This document shows, piece by piece, positions 25,401 through 38,776 of a stretch of DNA of 64,000 nucleotides. The notes below the pieces were generated by a model. That model was not told where the DNA came from, ran no database searches, and worked only from the letters and a program-made list of their open reading frames with translations. The translations under genes were made by a program, and so were the position numbers. The stretch lies in contig MU054391.1 in assembly GCA_013239625.1 (NCBI GenBank), positions 8,403,095-8,467,094 on the forward strand. Direction: 5' to 3'. Numbering within the stretch: the stretch's first letter is position 1; each line of letters opens with the position of its first letter. Origin of the DNA: Lama guanicoe (taxonomy: Eukaryota).

Positions 25401-26480
25401 CAAGGAATACAAAGGGATAAAGAAGGGTTTTGCATAATATTACAAGAGTCAATTCACCCAGCAGACATAAAAATCCTAACTATATAAGAAAACTCACCCA
25501 AAAAGATCTTCAAAATATCTAAATATAGAGCTGGTAGAATTGAAATTAAATCATTAGTGATAGCATGAAGAGATGGAATACTTAGAAATAATATTTATGA
25601 AGTATATGTAAGACCTATACATTGTGAACTATAAAATATTGCTGAGAAAAATGGAAGATAATCTTAAAATAGAGAGGTATATGATGTCCATGAATCAGAA
25701 GACTCTCAGAAATAAGAAACAAAGTTTCTATATTCCCCAAACATTACACTTATATGTACATATATTCAATGCAATCTCAGTAAAAATTTCAACAGAATTT
25801 TGGTAGGAATGGACATGCTGATGATAAAATAATTTTTATTGAAAAAAACAAAATGTTTAGAAAAGTTTAAAAATGAAAAATAAGAATAAAACTAGAGGAC
25901 TTGGAATTACCCAGTTTCACAATTTAGTATAAAAGTGAAATTATGAAAACAGTGTAATATTGTCTTAAGGACAGATGTAGTTTAATGGAGTGTCCAAAAA
26001 TTCTACCCACTTTAAGTTCTCAATTCATTTTTGATAAAGGTGCTCATATAAAAAAATAATTTAAGGGACAAAAGATAATATTTTCAACAAATGATGCTGG
26101 AAATTTTGGAAATATACATGTTAAAAATGTGAACCGTGAACCCTATCTTGTACTGTATACCAAAGTTTACTGAAATTTTTATCACAAAATTAAATACAAA
26201 AGTTAAAACTATGAAATGTCTAATAGAAACCATCAAAGAAAATCTTTCTAACCTTCACTGAGGCAAAGTTTTCTTTTCTGAATCTCAAACAAGCAAAAGC
26301 CATAAAAGAAAAAAAATGACATATTTGACTTCCTCAAAATAAAAAAACCAAAAAAATTAATTTGTACTTCATAAAACTCTTATAAGAAAATGAAAGGAAA
26401 AATTATCAACTGATAAGAAAAAAGTTTTTTGAAACACATATTGGTACAAAGATTTATCTTTTGAATGTATAAAATACCCT
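22420..26480 (+). mobile_element. Old L1M (L1ME-like): 5' UTR, ORF1 remnant and pieces of ORF2
   Basis: A-rich strand; ORF1-like 'gaatctgaagacagttcagtagaaattatccc'; ORF2-like 'attcaatgcaatctcagtaaaaatttcaacag', 'ttttcaacaaatgatgctggaaa'. Confidence 0.85.
22935..23259 (+). mobile_element. Young camelid-type L1 3' UTR with perfect 13-bp TSD
   Basis: 'gaaatagactcatggacagagaatacagacttgtggttaccagggggg...caataaaaaatgttaaaaa'; TSD aaaagaaaggaac at 22922-22934 and 23260-23272. Confidence 0.95.
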
Positions 26481-26491
26481 TTTATTAAAAA

Positions 26492-26812
26492 TTTTTAATT
26501 AAGGTATAATTGACTTGCAACTTTATATTAGTTTCAGGTGTACAACACAATGATTTGATATTTGTATACACTGCAATAATAGTCACTATAATAAGCCTAG
26601 TTAACATCTGTCACCACATGTGTGTAGGTTACTTCCTAAACAAAGGGGCCGAGGGCATAGCTGGTCTGCAGCTTCTAGCTCAGAATGCCAGGGTGGGAAG
26701 GAGAGAGCCAAAAGCTGGTGAGGGTACCTAGGCTTGTACCTCTTGACTCCCTTCACCCATTTGGCCCAACCCTCAGCCCTGCTTCTGGTAACCACCAGTC
26801 TGTTCTCTGTAT
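26492..26812 (-). mobile_element. L1 3' UTR fragment (L1MA9-like) with internal non-L1 segment
   Basis: 'ttatattagtttcaggtgtacaacacaatgatttgatatttgtatac' and 'ctggtaaccaccagtctgttctctgtat'. Confidence 0.88.
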
Positions 26813-29800
26813 ATTGTTCACTTAAAAGGTTCAGTTTTATTGTGTGTAAATAATGACTTAAAAGAACATGAATAACTTGCTTTAATATTAAAAGAGCTGC
26901 TTTTACCCATCTTACATTGTTCGAACAGAGTAATTGTTTCCACTGTGAACTGTTATATTTAGGTCAATATTAAACACCTCATCAAGATCATCTATCAGAA
27001 AAGGTTTCTGACATGGAACAAGTTAAATATAGGGTCTCAATTTCCTACCAGTTTTGATGGGTGCCATTGATACCACTTTTGAGCCCCAGAAATCTATAGG
27101 TTGATTATTCCCCATCAAGCCATTTTTACATTAAACTTAAAATATATTCATTTTGGTTGAGTTACTTAAGCTCCTTTACTTGCAGAAACCTCCAAGGAGA
27201 CAAAACTGAAAAGCCTTCAACGTGCAGTTTATAAAGGGCATTATCATGGTATCATAAATGGAAGAAGACTGGTTGAATATTGTGATATCATTTCTTGTAA
27301 TGTTCAAATCTATACAATAATTTAAACTAAATAAAATCATTCTGTAAGCATAATTTGTACTTTGTTAAAAAGAAAAGGAATAATCTTTTTTTTATCTATT
27401 TCAATTTTACTTGCAGTCATATTGTAGGTCCATAAATACTAGCTCCTGGCCAGCCTCAAAGTCTAACAGTAGTTTCACTGGAAGCAAAGAGAACTTATTT
27501 CATCTTTATGACAGACATTTAGGAATATGGTTATAAAAAAGGTAAGCCTAATACAGATATAAAAATAGTTATTTTTCGTCAGGTATAATTTAAGATGCTG
27601 CCTGCTCCCCCGCTGTGTGCCGATGTGAATATGTATATTATCTGTCACACTGCATTTCAGTTGAGTGTTTGGTTTGCTTGATTTGATTCATATACCTATT
27701 TATTTTATTTTACTTTCCCTCTAGATTATTATAATTTATTAAGTAAAGCACAAAAGTGTGTTTTATCTCTTTTTTCAACTCAGACAAAATAGATAAAATC
27801 ATTATGTATAAGTTGAGGGTTTATTTTCAGCTACATATGAAGATGCAAAAATACTCCAGGAAAGTCCTAAGCCATGAAGACAAATTTAATAATGAGTCAT
27901 CAAGGTGTATTTGGAAAAAAGAAAAACTACTTCCTGCTTTTGTAAAAGCAGATTACTTAATGCTAATCCTCAGTCTCATTCTCTAAAGTGTTCACAATTA
28001 CTCTTACCTCACCAATTTGGTATTACAATGAAGTAAAATACATTAGTAAAGATGCCTAGCACAAGGCCCAGGATATATCTTACTTGAAGCTGTAGAAGCT
28101 GATTTGCACTTCACTGGAAACTGAGTAGAGCAGACTTGGGTTAACCCTAATAATGTAAATCAATTCTAATTATTATATGCGTTACTGCTAAACTGGTTCC
28201 TCTTAGTCCACAGAAATACAGTATGACTCATGGACTACAATGTTTTTCTGTATCATAGTGCAGGCCACCCTGGTAAGAACCTTTCACAATTAGATGGCCC
28301 TGTGCCTGGCTGACCAAAAGAATAATCACATTGGCTTTCTAGTATTAGTCATGGACAAAGCACTGGTTTTAAAGGATGGCAGGTCTTAATCTGGTGCTAA
28401 TCCTAGACATAATTTAAAAATAAAGTTCAGAGAAAGTCCCAAGTTGCCAATGAGCAGGTTAGCCTCTAAGAACACTGGGCCGTTTTCGTAATCCTAACCC
28501 TTAGCACCTCACCCCAGTAACTTCCCAAGAGGCTGCTTCCTACTGAGCAGAAGCTGTCTTCAGCACCACCAGCTGATACCTCAGTCCAGAGTTCAGTACA
28601 CAAGCCGAGTCATCGGACAGTGGGTCGAATTGCTCTCTACTGCTCCTTAGGCAAGGCCCCTTGCTGACTGAGATGGCCTTACTACCGCAGGCATAACTCA
28701 TTCTGGCACAGTGGAGGCTGCAGCAACCTGAGCCCTCACTGGGGCACACTCAGGGCAGGGCTTGAGTTGCAGGCTACTGCAAATGCTAGGGTGTGGACTT
28801 TATTTGGGACTGTTATCACACAGGTGGTCTAACCCCATAGCAGCTGGAACAGAGTTTCCTGAGTTACTGCACCCGCATGTGGGTGCTGGACATCTAAGTT
28901 CCTTGCCTCCTTCCTTATAAAACTTCGAGACTGTTCACCGTTTGGCTTGTGTCTACTGACAGGCCCTGTAAATGCCCAAAGTAATTAGGAGAACATGTGG
29001 CAATGGAACCTCTGGTCCTCGGTGTCTGTTTACTCTGGTTACTCCAGAGACAAGATCTTAATAATCAACCTTAAACTTTATAATTGGCCTATTGGACATA
29101 AATGAGGTACTCTCAGTCTGGGCAGGCAACACTGGGAAATGAAATCATCATTAATGTGGACTGCATTAGAAATACTGGCTACATATACATTTACCCCCAA
29201 TTTAGAATTTAAAAAATAATAAAATGACATTTTTGGATTGCGTATTTGAAAACTAAAGTTAACTATTACTTAATGACAGTTCTAAAAACCAAGAGAGAGT
29301 CACAATATTATGAAAAATATTATGAATATATGAATACAAAGAACATTGTTATGTTCTCTATTTCTATAAGGGAAGACTAACATCATCTATCCACTCACCT
29401 GAAGAGTCAAATGAGTTCAACAATCATAAAAATAACTAATCTAACAGCTAACAGACGGTGTTGTGCCCTTTGGGATAAACTCAGCATCACTTTAGAAACC
29501 TCAGCACACCGGACCTGAATCATACTGATATCTGCATGTGTTGTACATATGCTTTTTGATTTAAATTCATAATCATACTTCGAGACAATTTTCCTTGGTG
29601 TTATATGGGCAAGTTGCTTTGATAATTCTAGACTCACTGAATCTTTCCACTGGAATGAACAATGAAAGTTATCTGGTGCAAACTCATGCTCAAGGCTGCA
29701 AAACCTTATGTCTTGATCCTGACAGATGGAGACCTGCCTGTGTTAAAACTTTTCTAGATCAATATATTCTCTACCGCATACACCAGCCCAGCTTTTATTT

Positions 29801-31419
29801 AGGAGCACTTCTAGTTAATTAGTATTTTTTTCACTACCTCTCTAGAGTGCTCCTTCCCACACAGACTTCTACAAGAGAGATCATTCCCTTATTAAAAGTT
29901 TACCTGCCCCAGAAAATGCTCCAGAGATTTGTGACAGAAGTCGATCTACCTCGCAGTAAATTCACGTTATTGGAACATTCATTCTAAGTTAATACTGAGT
30001 GATGTTGTGATGACCATGCAACCTTTATGTGATAAAACAAATCTGGGTACAGTTTTCTAGGTTGATTACAACTGAGAATAGTATTCCATTTACTAGGAAA
30101 AGCCTACATTTTAGCATATATTCATTCATTCGGGGAATTATTTGGGATTTTGTCACACATGACTCTAGACTTTGGGTTGATATCAGGTTAAGAAATAAAT
30201 TTAATTTCTCTATTAAACCATAAGCCTTCTGACAAGTTCTCTCTATAAGGACCCTCAGCAAAATTGATCATTGACTTCTGCCTAGTGTGTCACATAACTA
30301 TCTTCATATGACTGAATGTTACACTCAAAAGTCATCATATATTGGCCACCTACAGGTACAAATGACTAAATTGAGAAACACAATATATACAGCCAAGTGT
30401 TCACAGAAAAATATTTAGAGAGATTTATATTCAAACAAGTAATTATAGATAATATTAGCCAAATGCTAACAAAATCAGTGATTTAAGGGAAGATGTGAAT
30501 TATTTTGAGGAGATTCAATAATTACCTCAAAGGATAAACAAAATTTCTTTTGCTAAGAGATTAGAATTTATATGTTCTCCTCTCCTTGCCAAAAAAAAAA
30601 AAGATAAATAGAATATCTCATAAGAATGTAAGAATCTGGCTAAAATCCTTTTGACATCATTGATAAGAAGTCTTGTCAAATCTTGACAAAATATGAATAA
30701 ACTGAAAATGCTTGCTTGTTAGGAACATACATGCTTATTTTGGAACAGGTAGGTATTTTTCAAGAAGATAAATAATGAATCATTCTGATTATATTCCCTA
30801 AGGTTTTTTTGTTTTTTTTTTTTTCATCCAATCAGCCTAAGTGTTTTCCTGAGGGTCTAAGTAGTAGCCCCAAATATCTATATATAGCCATAAAGACAAT
30901 TTCTGGAATAGATTCCAGAAAACTGGTAACTCATAAGCATCTTTTTCTCCTTTCTCTTCAACTCTAACTCACTCAGTTCTCCCAAGGCAAGTGGTTTCTG
31001 GGCCCTGTGGGTATTTAGGTGCGAAGGAGGACTTTGGCTTCTGGGGAATTTAATAGAACAGAGGTAATGCAAGGTTCTTGTCACCAGTGCAGGGACTGGA
31101 GGATGCATTAAGAGAACTTCAGTGTAAAGAGGAAAACATAATGTCTATATATCTATGTCTATGTCTATTTCTATATGTGTTTACTTCTATCTTCTAGAAA
31201 AAGCCTGATTATATAAAGTTTAAGAACCATACTGACTGTGTGTGGATTTGCCTGATCTCCTCAGTCTCCAAGGAGCCCTCAAGAGGCTGGGAAAGCAAAG
31301 AGTATTTCTCCCTCAGTGAGAATGTGCCTTATTTGTTGACAGTCAACCGTCTTTACCTTGCCCCATTCGTAGAGCCACCATACAGCATTCCAACAAATGA
31401 CGGCTCCAGGCAGCAGATA

Positions 31420-32160
31420 CAGAAAAGTAACACCACATATAAGATGCTTTGGAGCCAGCTATAAAAAACTCAAGGATAAAGAGAAAATCATATAAACTCA
31501 AGATGGGAGAAACAGTTTCTTAAAAAAAGGAAAAGATCAGAGAAGTATTTAACTTTTCCTTTGCAACACTAGAAGCTAAAGGGTGGTGGAATAATACCAA
31601 AAGAAAATGACTATGACACAGAAATGTTCCCAATAAAGCTGTCAATATCTTACTAGAGAAAAAGAAGGATATTTGTGGACATCCAAGAGGTTATTATCCA
31701 TGAATCTGATTTAAAGGAGATACTTGAGTGAGGACTCTGACCAACTATTTTTTTAATCCCTACAAGAAGGAAAAATTTTTAAAAGAAGAAAGTGATGACT
31801 AATAAAATGTGTAAAATATATAGCAATATATAATTTACATAAATATCTAAGGATAGACATGTAAGCGAATATAAAATAAATATTGGCAATATAGTATAAT
31901 TTAAAGAAAAGTGCATAGATGAAAGAGTATAAGGAAAATTCCAATAATAGATTAAATAAAAAAATATAATCCATATAAGTAAATAGACACGGACACTGAA
32001 GGAAAAAACGGAAGAAAAAAGTAGAAGTGTTTTGAAGATTTTATTTTGGGAGTAATGGGTAGTGATGGTATTAGAGCATATTTGTGGGAAATACGTTTAG
32101 TATTTCGTTTTTGAGTTAGACAAGGAAAAAAAAGTGTTTCATCATTATCAGAAATGTACA
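31420..32160 (+). mobile_element. Old L1/HAL1-like ORF1-region fragment
   Basis: 'tcaaggataaagagaaaatcatataa', 'acttttcctttgcaacactagaagctaaagggtggtggaataata'. Confidence 0.55.
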
Positions 32161-32400
32161 CCCTCCTCAGAAAACTTTCCTGAACGTCGTGACTAGTGAG
32201 ACAATCTTACCAATTTTCAACACATTACCTGATTTTTTCCTTCATAGTACTCATTACTTGACATTTTATTGTACATGTATTTGCTTCGTTGCTAGTATCT
32301 CTTTTCTCTCATCTATTTTGTTCAGTGTTTTATTCCCATGCCAAAAGAAACAGTAAATAGTGGGTAATCAATAAATATTCATTGAAAAATTCATGAATTT
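32160..32400 (+). mobile_element. L2 3' end
   Basis: 'tattttgttcagtgttttattcccatgcc...atagtgggtaatcaataaatattcattgaaaaat'. Confidence 0.7.
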
Positions 32401-32589
32401 CAGGTTAAGAAAGATAACAATCAATAGAATGGAAAGGCATACTAAATTTTCCAAGTTGGTAATGGGAAATAAAGAATCAATAGTAATTTGGCCAAACCAG
32501 AAAAAAAGGATCAAGGTGCAAAAAAGGGAACAAAGTAATTCAGAGTAAGTAAAAGAACAATAACAAGGGCCATACTCCATTTATTTAAA

Positions 32590-34315
32590 AAATAGACTCT
32601 GGTACAGTTCCACATGCAAAAATAGGATGCTGCAAATCTGGAGAGGCGGATGTATCCAGAATCACAGCTGAGGAGCACAAACTGGCAGGAGCAATGCATG
32701 GTAATACTGATGAACTGATGGAAGCAGAGGGTGGACTGAGCGACAGTGAAAAACCTGTGGGGCTTCAGTCTTGGTGGAATGACCCATTTTCATGGACTTT
32801 GCCTTCAGGAACCTTGTATTCTTACAGTGAAAATCCTAAAATGTTTCCATTGTAACTCTCAGGAGAGGGTGAGGAGAAAGAACAACATTGTTAAGAGGAT
32901 GAAAAGAGAAATCACTGACTGTAAGAAAATATTTGCCAAACATGTACCTTATAAAAGAATATCCAAAATATACAAAGAACACCTAAAACTTAACATGAAG
33001 TAAACAAATAACTTACATGAAAGATAGGTGAGAGACCAGACATCCCTCAGCAAAGAAGACAGACAGATAACAAATAAGCAAATGTAAAGATGCTCAGTAT
33101 CACCTGATCTAAAGGAAATGTAAATTAAAACAACCTTAAGGTACCGTAATGCACTTACTAACTTCCAAAAAGAAAAAAAAAATACACCACCAAATACTGA
33201 TCAGGATGCAAAACAAAGTATCTCCCACTCATTGCTGGTGAGATTGAAAATGGTACAGCTCCTTTGGAATACAGTTGGGTAGTTTTTCACAAAGTTTAAC
33301 ATAATCATACCATATAATCTGGCAGTCACTCTCCTAAGTATGTAAACAATTCACTTGGAAAATTATAGTCACATATACAAAAGCACAGAAATCTTGTATG
33401 TGAAAGTTTATAGCAATTTTGTTTATAATTGTTCAAAACTGATTCAACCAACATACCCTTCAATCGGACAATGGATAAGTTGTGGTACTGTTCAGAATAT
33501 AAAGGAATTGGCCATCAAGCCGTGAGAAGACATGAGTAAATCACAAATGCATGTTGAAGTGAAAAGTAAATGAATGAAGCTAATCTGAAAAGATTATGTG
33601 CTGTTTGATCCCAACTATATGCCATTCTGGAAAAGCAAATTCATAAGACAACAAATAGTTTAGTGGTTTCCAGGGGATGAAGAGAAGGTTTTTGTGGTGG
33701 GTGGATTGAACACATGAACCACTGAGAATTTTTTAGGGAGGTGAACTGTTCTGTAAAAATGATATTGTAATAGTGAATACATGACAGTATGCATTTGTCA
33801 AAATGTATAGAACTTTATAGCTTAAAAGTGAAACTTGATGTATGCAATTTAAACAAAAATAACTTAAGAGATCAGAGGACTTTGGGACAGAATGCAGAAT
33901 GTGACAAAAGAAATCTGTTTTATAAATGTATCAAAGAGTTTTGCTGAAGGAGGTGAGGGGAGAAAAATACTAACTTACGTAACTTTGGAAATGAGTGGAG
34001 TCTGTAAGACTAAAAACAAAAAGTATTATACAAAACTGTGTCTCACAGAGATATGGGCAAACGATTTTGGAAACACTATACATATTAATTTGAACTGAGC
34101 AACTGTAATTATAATTGGGTAGTGAATTGAGGGGATACAGTTCCTTGTTGGAGTGAAATAAAACAGGTAGTAACAGATAAACAACTGGATGAGGATAAAA
34201 TGACCCCTGTGGCAAGGGATTAGAGGTGGACATGAGTATGAACTCGTGAAACTAAACACAGATAGAGAACATAACCTATAGGAATATTCATAGTTATGTG
34301 TGTATTCATATTCAT
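32590..34315 (+). mobile_element. L1MC3-like element (5'-type piece, ORF2 end and 3' UTR)
   Basis: 'atgcagaatgtgacaaaagaaatc', 'aactttggaaatgagtggagtctgtaagactaaa'; ORF2 end peptide VKRMKREITDCKKIFAKH. Confidence 0.85.
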
Positions 34316-35077
34316 TTCTCAATGGAAGAACAGAGAGATCTTATTCTGGATGGAGAAATCTGCTATATCAAATTTTATGCCTTCTCAATCCATTGCTGAT
34401 CAGACTGGAACAGTTTTGGTGTGTGCTTTATACCAGGGAGGTAGAGGTGATGAGAGATTTGTAGGGGCCGGTGTTAAATTAGGAAACCCAAGAGAGATTT
34501 TTGAATCTATGGAATCTTAGGCAATAGAAGAGCACCATGCTTGGCAGGTCCAGAAAATAAATGACTGATACATCCCCAAAGAGAACATCTCTAGGCTGGG
34601 TCATGCTAACAGCACTCAGCACATGCGCTGCTCCAGTGGACCTCAGAACACCTGACAGCCAAGCTCCGTCTACTCTTTTCCAACCCACGCAAGTCACATA
34701 TGGCTACCGGAGCCATGATCCTTGATCTTTTCCTCAATAAAAAAATTATCAAAATCCCAATGTCCAAAGGAAAGAGACTAGTATCAAAAACAAAAACCAA
34801 ACCAACTAAACAAGCAAAACCCCGAAAAACCCCAGCTTCATCAGTAGTATGACTGTGACATTGCAAAAATCTTTGCCTCCCTTGTGTTGGATTCTCCTTG
34901 AACACAATGGGAATATTAATACTCAACTGAAGTTTGTACTATGTTTTTATTTTTTGCCACTAAAATGAATACACAAATTTTATGCGCAGCTTTTCAAGAG
35001 AAAGCATTTCAAAAGGCTAATGCACAACAAGAAAATGTGCTCAACCTCTCTTGCAATCAAGTAAACAGAACTTAAAA

Positions 35078-35655
35078 GAGTATAGCATGGAAAGAAGGGA
35101 AAGGAGCAAGTCTAGGTGAGAAAGCCTGACAAGCTCTCAGCCTGGTGCTAAAGGTCAACATCAGCTGTAGTAAGTCATACTGATAGCAGGTCTCAAAACG
35201 TAGTGATGAGAATGGCACTTTACCTTCGTAATCTTCATTCTTAAAACATCATAGTCTGTTTGAAGCATGAAAAAAAATAAAAACAGATAGATCCAAACTG
35301 AGAAATATTCTCCAAAATATTGACCATACTCCTCAAAATTCTCAAGGTCACTGAAAACAAGAAATGTATGAGAAAACTGTCACAGCCAAGAGGAGCCTAA
35401 GGAGAAATGCAACTAAATGTAATACGGCACCCTAGATGGAATTCTGGAACGGAAAGAGTCAGTAGTAAAAATAAAGATATCTGAATAAAGTACAGATTTT
35501 AACTAATAATGATATGCGTGTAATCGTAACTACTCTACTAACGTAAATGTTAACAACAAGGGAAATGAGTGTGGATATATGGGAATCTGTACTATCTTCC
35601 CATTTTTCCTCTGTACATCTAAAACTGTCCTAATAGTAGTTTATTTAAAAAAAAT
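35078..35655 (+). mobile_element. L1MC3-like distal 3' UTR
   Basis: 'tgatgagaatggcactttacct', 'aactgtcacagccaagaggagcctaaggagaaatg', ends 'gtttatttaaaaaaaa'. Confidence 0.88.
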
Positions 35656-36439
35656 ACCAAAGAGTTTAACATTTGTTGTGTTAACAGTTAATACTGGACT
35701 TTAGTGAATTTAGGAAATATGTAGGAGAGGGTCACTAAAAATTTCTCAGAACTCTTGAAATGAGTTATCAAGGACTGAAAAAAAGTTTACTTAAGATTAT
35801 TGTGTTTTCTAAGCAAAAGGACAGGATATCGTATATACCTATTATCTGAGTTTGAAAGAATACTTCAAAATGTCTGTTTAATAACAGAATGGATACACCA
35901 GAAGGAAGGGACGTATTTGAGGCTGGGGGGCTTACAAGGGAAAGGACAATAGGAACAGAGTTGATAATACAGGGTCTTATGTGCCATTCAAAACAGTCCA
36001 GTAGTAATTAACCTTTGGGTTCTTTTAGACTGTGGGAAACCCAGAGACCAGAAAGTCAGGGTGGAGCTGATGAGCGGCTAGACTAAGGCAGCTGATGTGG
36101 GATAAATAACTCAGAAGCACGGGGAATACAAAATAGTCTTTGTAACTATTCAAGGCATGATAACAGGATAGCATGTTAAAACAAAATGACATTTCTCACT
36201 GGCGGATGCAGGCAAGGCTAATAACTTATTAATGTTTTCATGTTTTTATACATCTCTAGAAGCTTGTTAAAGGTCAGAGCCAGAAGTTCATAATTGAATT
36301 CAGAACAACCGGGACAGTTGCTCTAGCTTGAAATGTGCAAATAAACCTCAACATTAAGAAGCAGATTTTAATAAATCAATTCATATCTTAAGGTTAAGAT
36401 ATCAATATTTTGAAATTTATTAGAAGTTACTTTATGGCA

Positions 36440-37300
36440 CAGCATAGAGGCCAGAGAAGAAGTTGAGAATTTTCTCCCTGCTGTGCCGCCATGAGTGACG
36501 CCCTTCCTCACCCTCCATGTCAGGGGAGAACACATGGGACCCTGAACTTCCACCTCCACCTGGGGGTGATGAGACAGTCATCCATCTTCTAGCTGGAGTG
36601 CTGTGAGAGGGGGCCTAGAGGAGAGGAGAATTTTCAACAGCACCCAGAGGTAACAAATCCAGACACCCTTACTGCCAATAGAAGCCATGTGGTAAAAAGT
36701 AATAAGGCTTTTCTGTCCCTCTCAGCTTTAAAAGTATAGAAGAGTAAACGTCTGTGACTCCCAGTGAAGCTAAGCAGTAGGAAGAACCACTCCCCAGAAC
36801 TGTTCCCTCTTGGGTGTCAGTGAAGGCTGAACAGGCACGTGGTGCTCCACCCTACGCGGAAGCAAGGAGGCAGTGTCCTGCTTTCTCCTAATGGGGCAAT
36901 ACCATAAAAGGCAAGGCAACACAGATGATGTAGCTAACACTGAGAGACACATAGCATGGTATGCAGACCATCAAGGTTTTCATCAAAAACCACCTGTCAC
37001 AGGGGAGGGTAGAGCTCGGCGGCAGAGCACATGCTTAGCTTCCATGAAGTCATGGGTTTGATTCCCAGTACTTCTGTTTAAAAAAAATCTAGTTAGCCCC
37101 CCAAAAACTAAAAAACCACCTGCCATAACAAGAACCAGGAAAATCTCAACTTGAATGAGAAAGGCAATTAATAGATGCCAATACCAAGATGACAGAAATA
37201 ATATCTGACAAGAATTCTAAAGCAGCCATTATAAAAATACTCAAGTAAGCAATTATGAACACACTTGCAAAAAATGAAGAAAATAGTCTTAACAAAGGAA
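36440..37300 (+). mobile_element. Old L1M 5' UTR fragment
   Basis: 'caagaaccaggaaaatctcaacttgaatgagaaaggcaattaatagatgccaataccaagatgacaga' typical of L1M 5'/ORF1 start. Confidence 0.75.
37002..37110 (+). mobile_element. vic-1-type camelid tRNA-derived SINE
   Basis: 'ggggagggtagagctcggcggcagagcacatgcttagc...gggtttgattcccagtac' with A/B-box-like motifs; 17-bp TSD (15/17 match) at 36985-37001 and 37111-37127. Confidence 0.9.
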
Positions 37301-38040
37301 GGGCAATGTAAAATTATACAACCATGACAAAAAATAGTTTTGCAAATTTTTTTTTAATTTAGTGTAAATGCACATTTATCACAGGGTTCAGCAACTGTAC
37401 TTCTGGACATTTCCCCAGAGAAGATAAACTCTTATGTCTTCACAAAAATCAGTATAAAATTGATCATAGAAGCTTTATTTGTACTGTGAAAATTTGGAAA
37501 AAAATTCCCATAAAATGTAGTAGATCCATGATGTGAAATATGCATGCAGTAACATACTGTAAACATAGGGGAACTAAAAAACAATTAAGAAACTATTGAT
37601 ATACTTAATGTCTCGAATGGATTAGAAGAAAAGTATGATAATAAAAAATTCAATATCAGAAGTTCACATATTTTACAATTTCATTCATGTAACACTTACA
37701 TTACATTCTTAAAACGACTGAATTCTAGAGATGGAAAACAGATGGGTGGTTTCCAGGGGGTTAGGGGTAGTGTGTGGAAGTGAATGTGACTTTAAAGAGG
37801 TAACATGAGGGAGACTACGGTGGTGATGGAACAGCTCTGTATCTTACTGTGGTGGTGGTTACGTGAACCTACTGTGATAAAATGCCAAACTATACCCACA
37901 CATTGTACCAATGTGAATGTGAATTCCCTGATTTTGATATTGTATTGTAATAACCTAAGATGTAACTGGGCGAAGAGTACATAAAGCCTCTTCATACTAC
38001 TATTTTGCAACTACCTATAAATCTATAATCACCTCAAAAT
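37300..38040 (+). mobile_element. L1MB/ME-like 3' end
   Basis: 'attctagagatggaaaacagatgggtggtttccaggggg', 'gtgatggaacagctctgtatcttactgtggtggtggttac'. Confidence 0.8.
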
Positions 38041-38263
38041 TACACACACACACAAGCACAATATTGCATCAACTTATCTATCAAGTTGTTGTGGGTGGTA
38101 AGAAATTGATATCAGATCAGAGAGTCTGGGAAGTTGGTTATTCATGATAAGCAGTGTCAAAACATTTGGTAAAACTTTTGCCTGTAATAATTTGGGAAGC
38201 AGATAATGAGCCTTCAGGGATGACAGCTCTAGAGGAAATCATTTTAAATAATGTGTTGGTGTA

Positions 38264-38776
38264 TATATTAGGCATAATAATGGTCCCCTCAAAGATGTCT
38301 ATGTCCTCATCCCTGGAGTCTATGAACGTATTACTTTACAAGGGAAGAGGGGGTTAAAGACTGTAGATGGAATTAAGATTACAAATGGGCTGATTTTTAA
38401 ATAGATAGATTCTACTGAGCTATCCAGATACATCCAATGTAATCACGTGAATCCTTAAAAGTGGAACACGGACACAGAAGAGGGCAGAGAGATGGCAACG
38501 TGAGAAGAACTCAATTGGATATTGCTGGTTTTACAGAGGGATGAAACAGTCCTTGAACAAAGGAAAGTGAGTGGCCTCTAGAAGCTGCAAAAGGCAAGGA
38601 AACACATTCTCCCTAGGGCAAACAGAAGGGAATACAGCCTTGCTGGCAACTTGATCTTAGCTCAGTGAGACTTGTTTCAGACTTCTGACCTACACACTGC
38701 AAAACAGTAAATATATGCTGTTTTAAGCTGCTAAGTTTGTGGCAATTTGTTACAGCAGAAATAGACCTTTAATATT
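38264..38776 (+). mobile_element. MLT1D-like MaLR LTR
   Basis: 'aataatggtcccctcaaagatgtctatgtcctcatccctgga...ctagaagctgcaaaaggcaaggaaacacattctccc...taagtttgtggcaatttgttacagcag'. Confidence 0.92.

Noticed and set aside
28559..28620. REST/RE1 site (TTCAGCACC and GGACAG halves)
   Set aside because: The halves are about 47 bp apart, outside known spacings
29390..29520. Minus-strand donor CAG|GTGAGT with upstream exon
   Set aside because: No clear acceptor, and the track ORF stops just before the donor
30345..30356. CTCF-like motif (cctgtaggtggc on minus)
   Set aside because: Partial core match, expected by chance in 64 kb
37002..37075. tRNA gene
   Set aside because: Degenerate tRNA-like head with a tail and TSD, so a SINE
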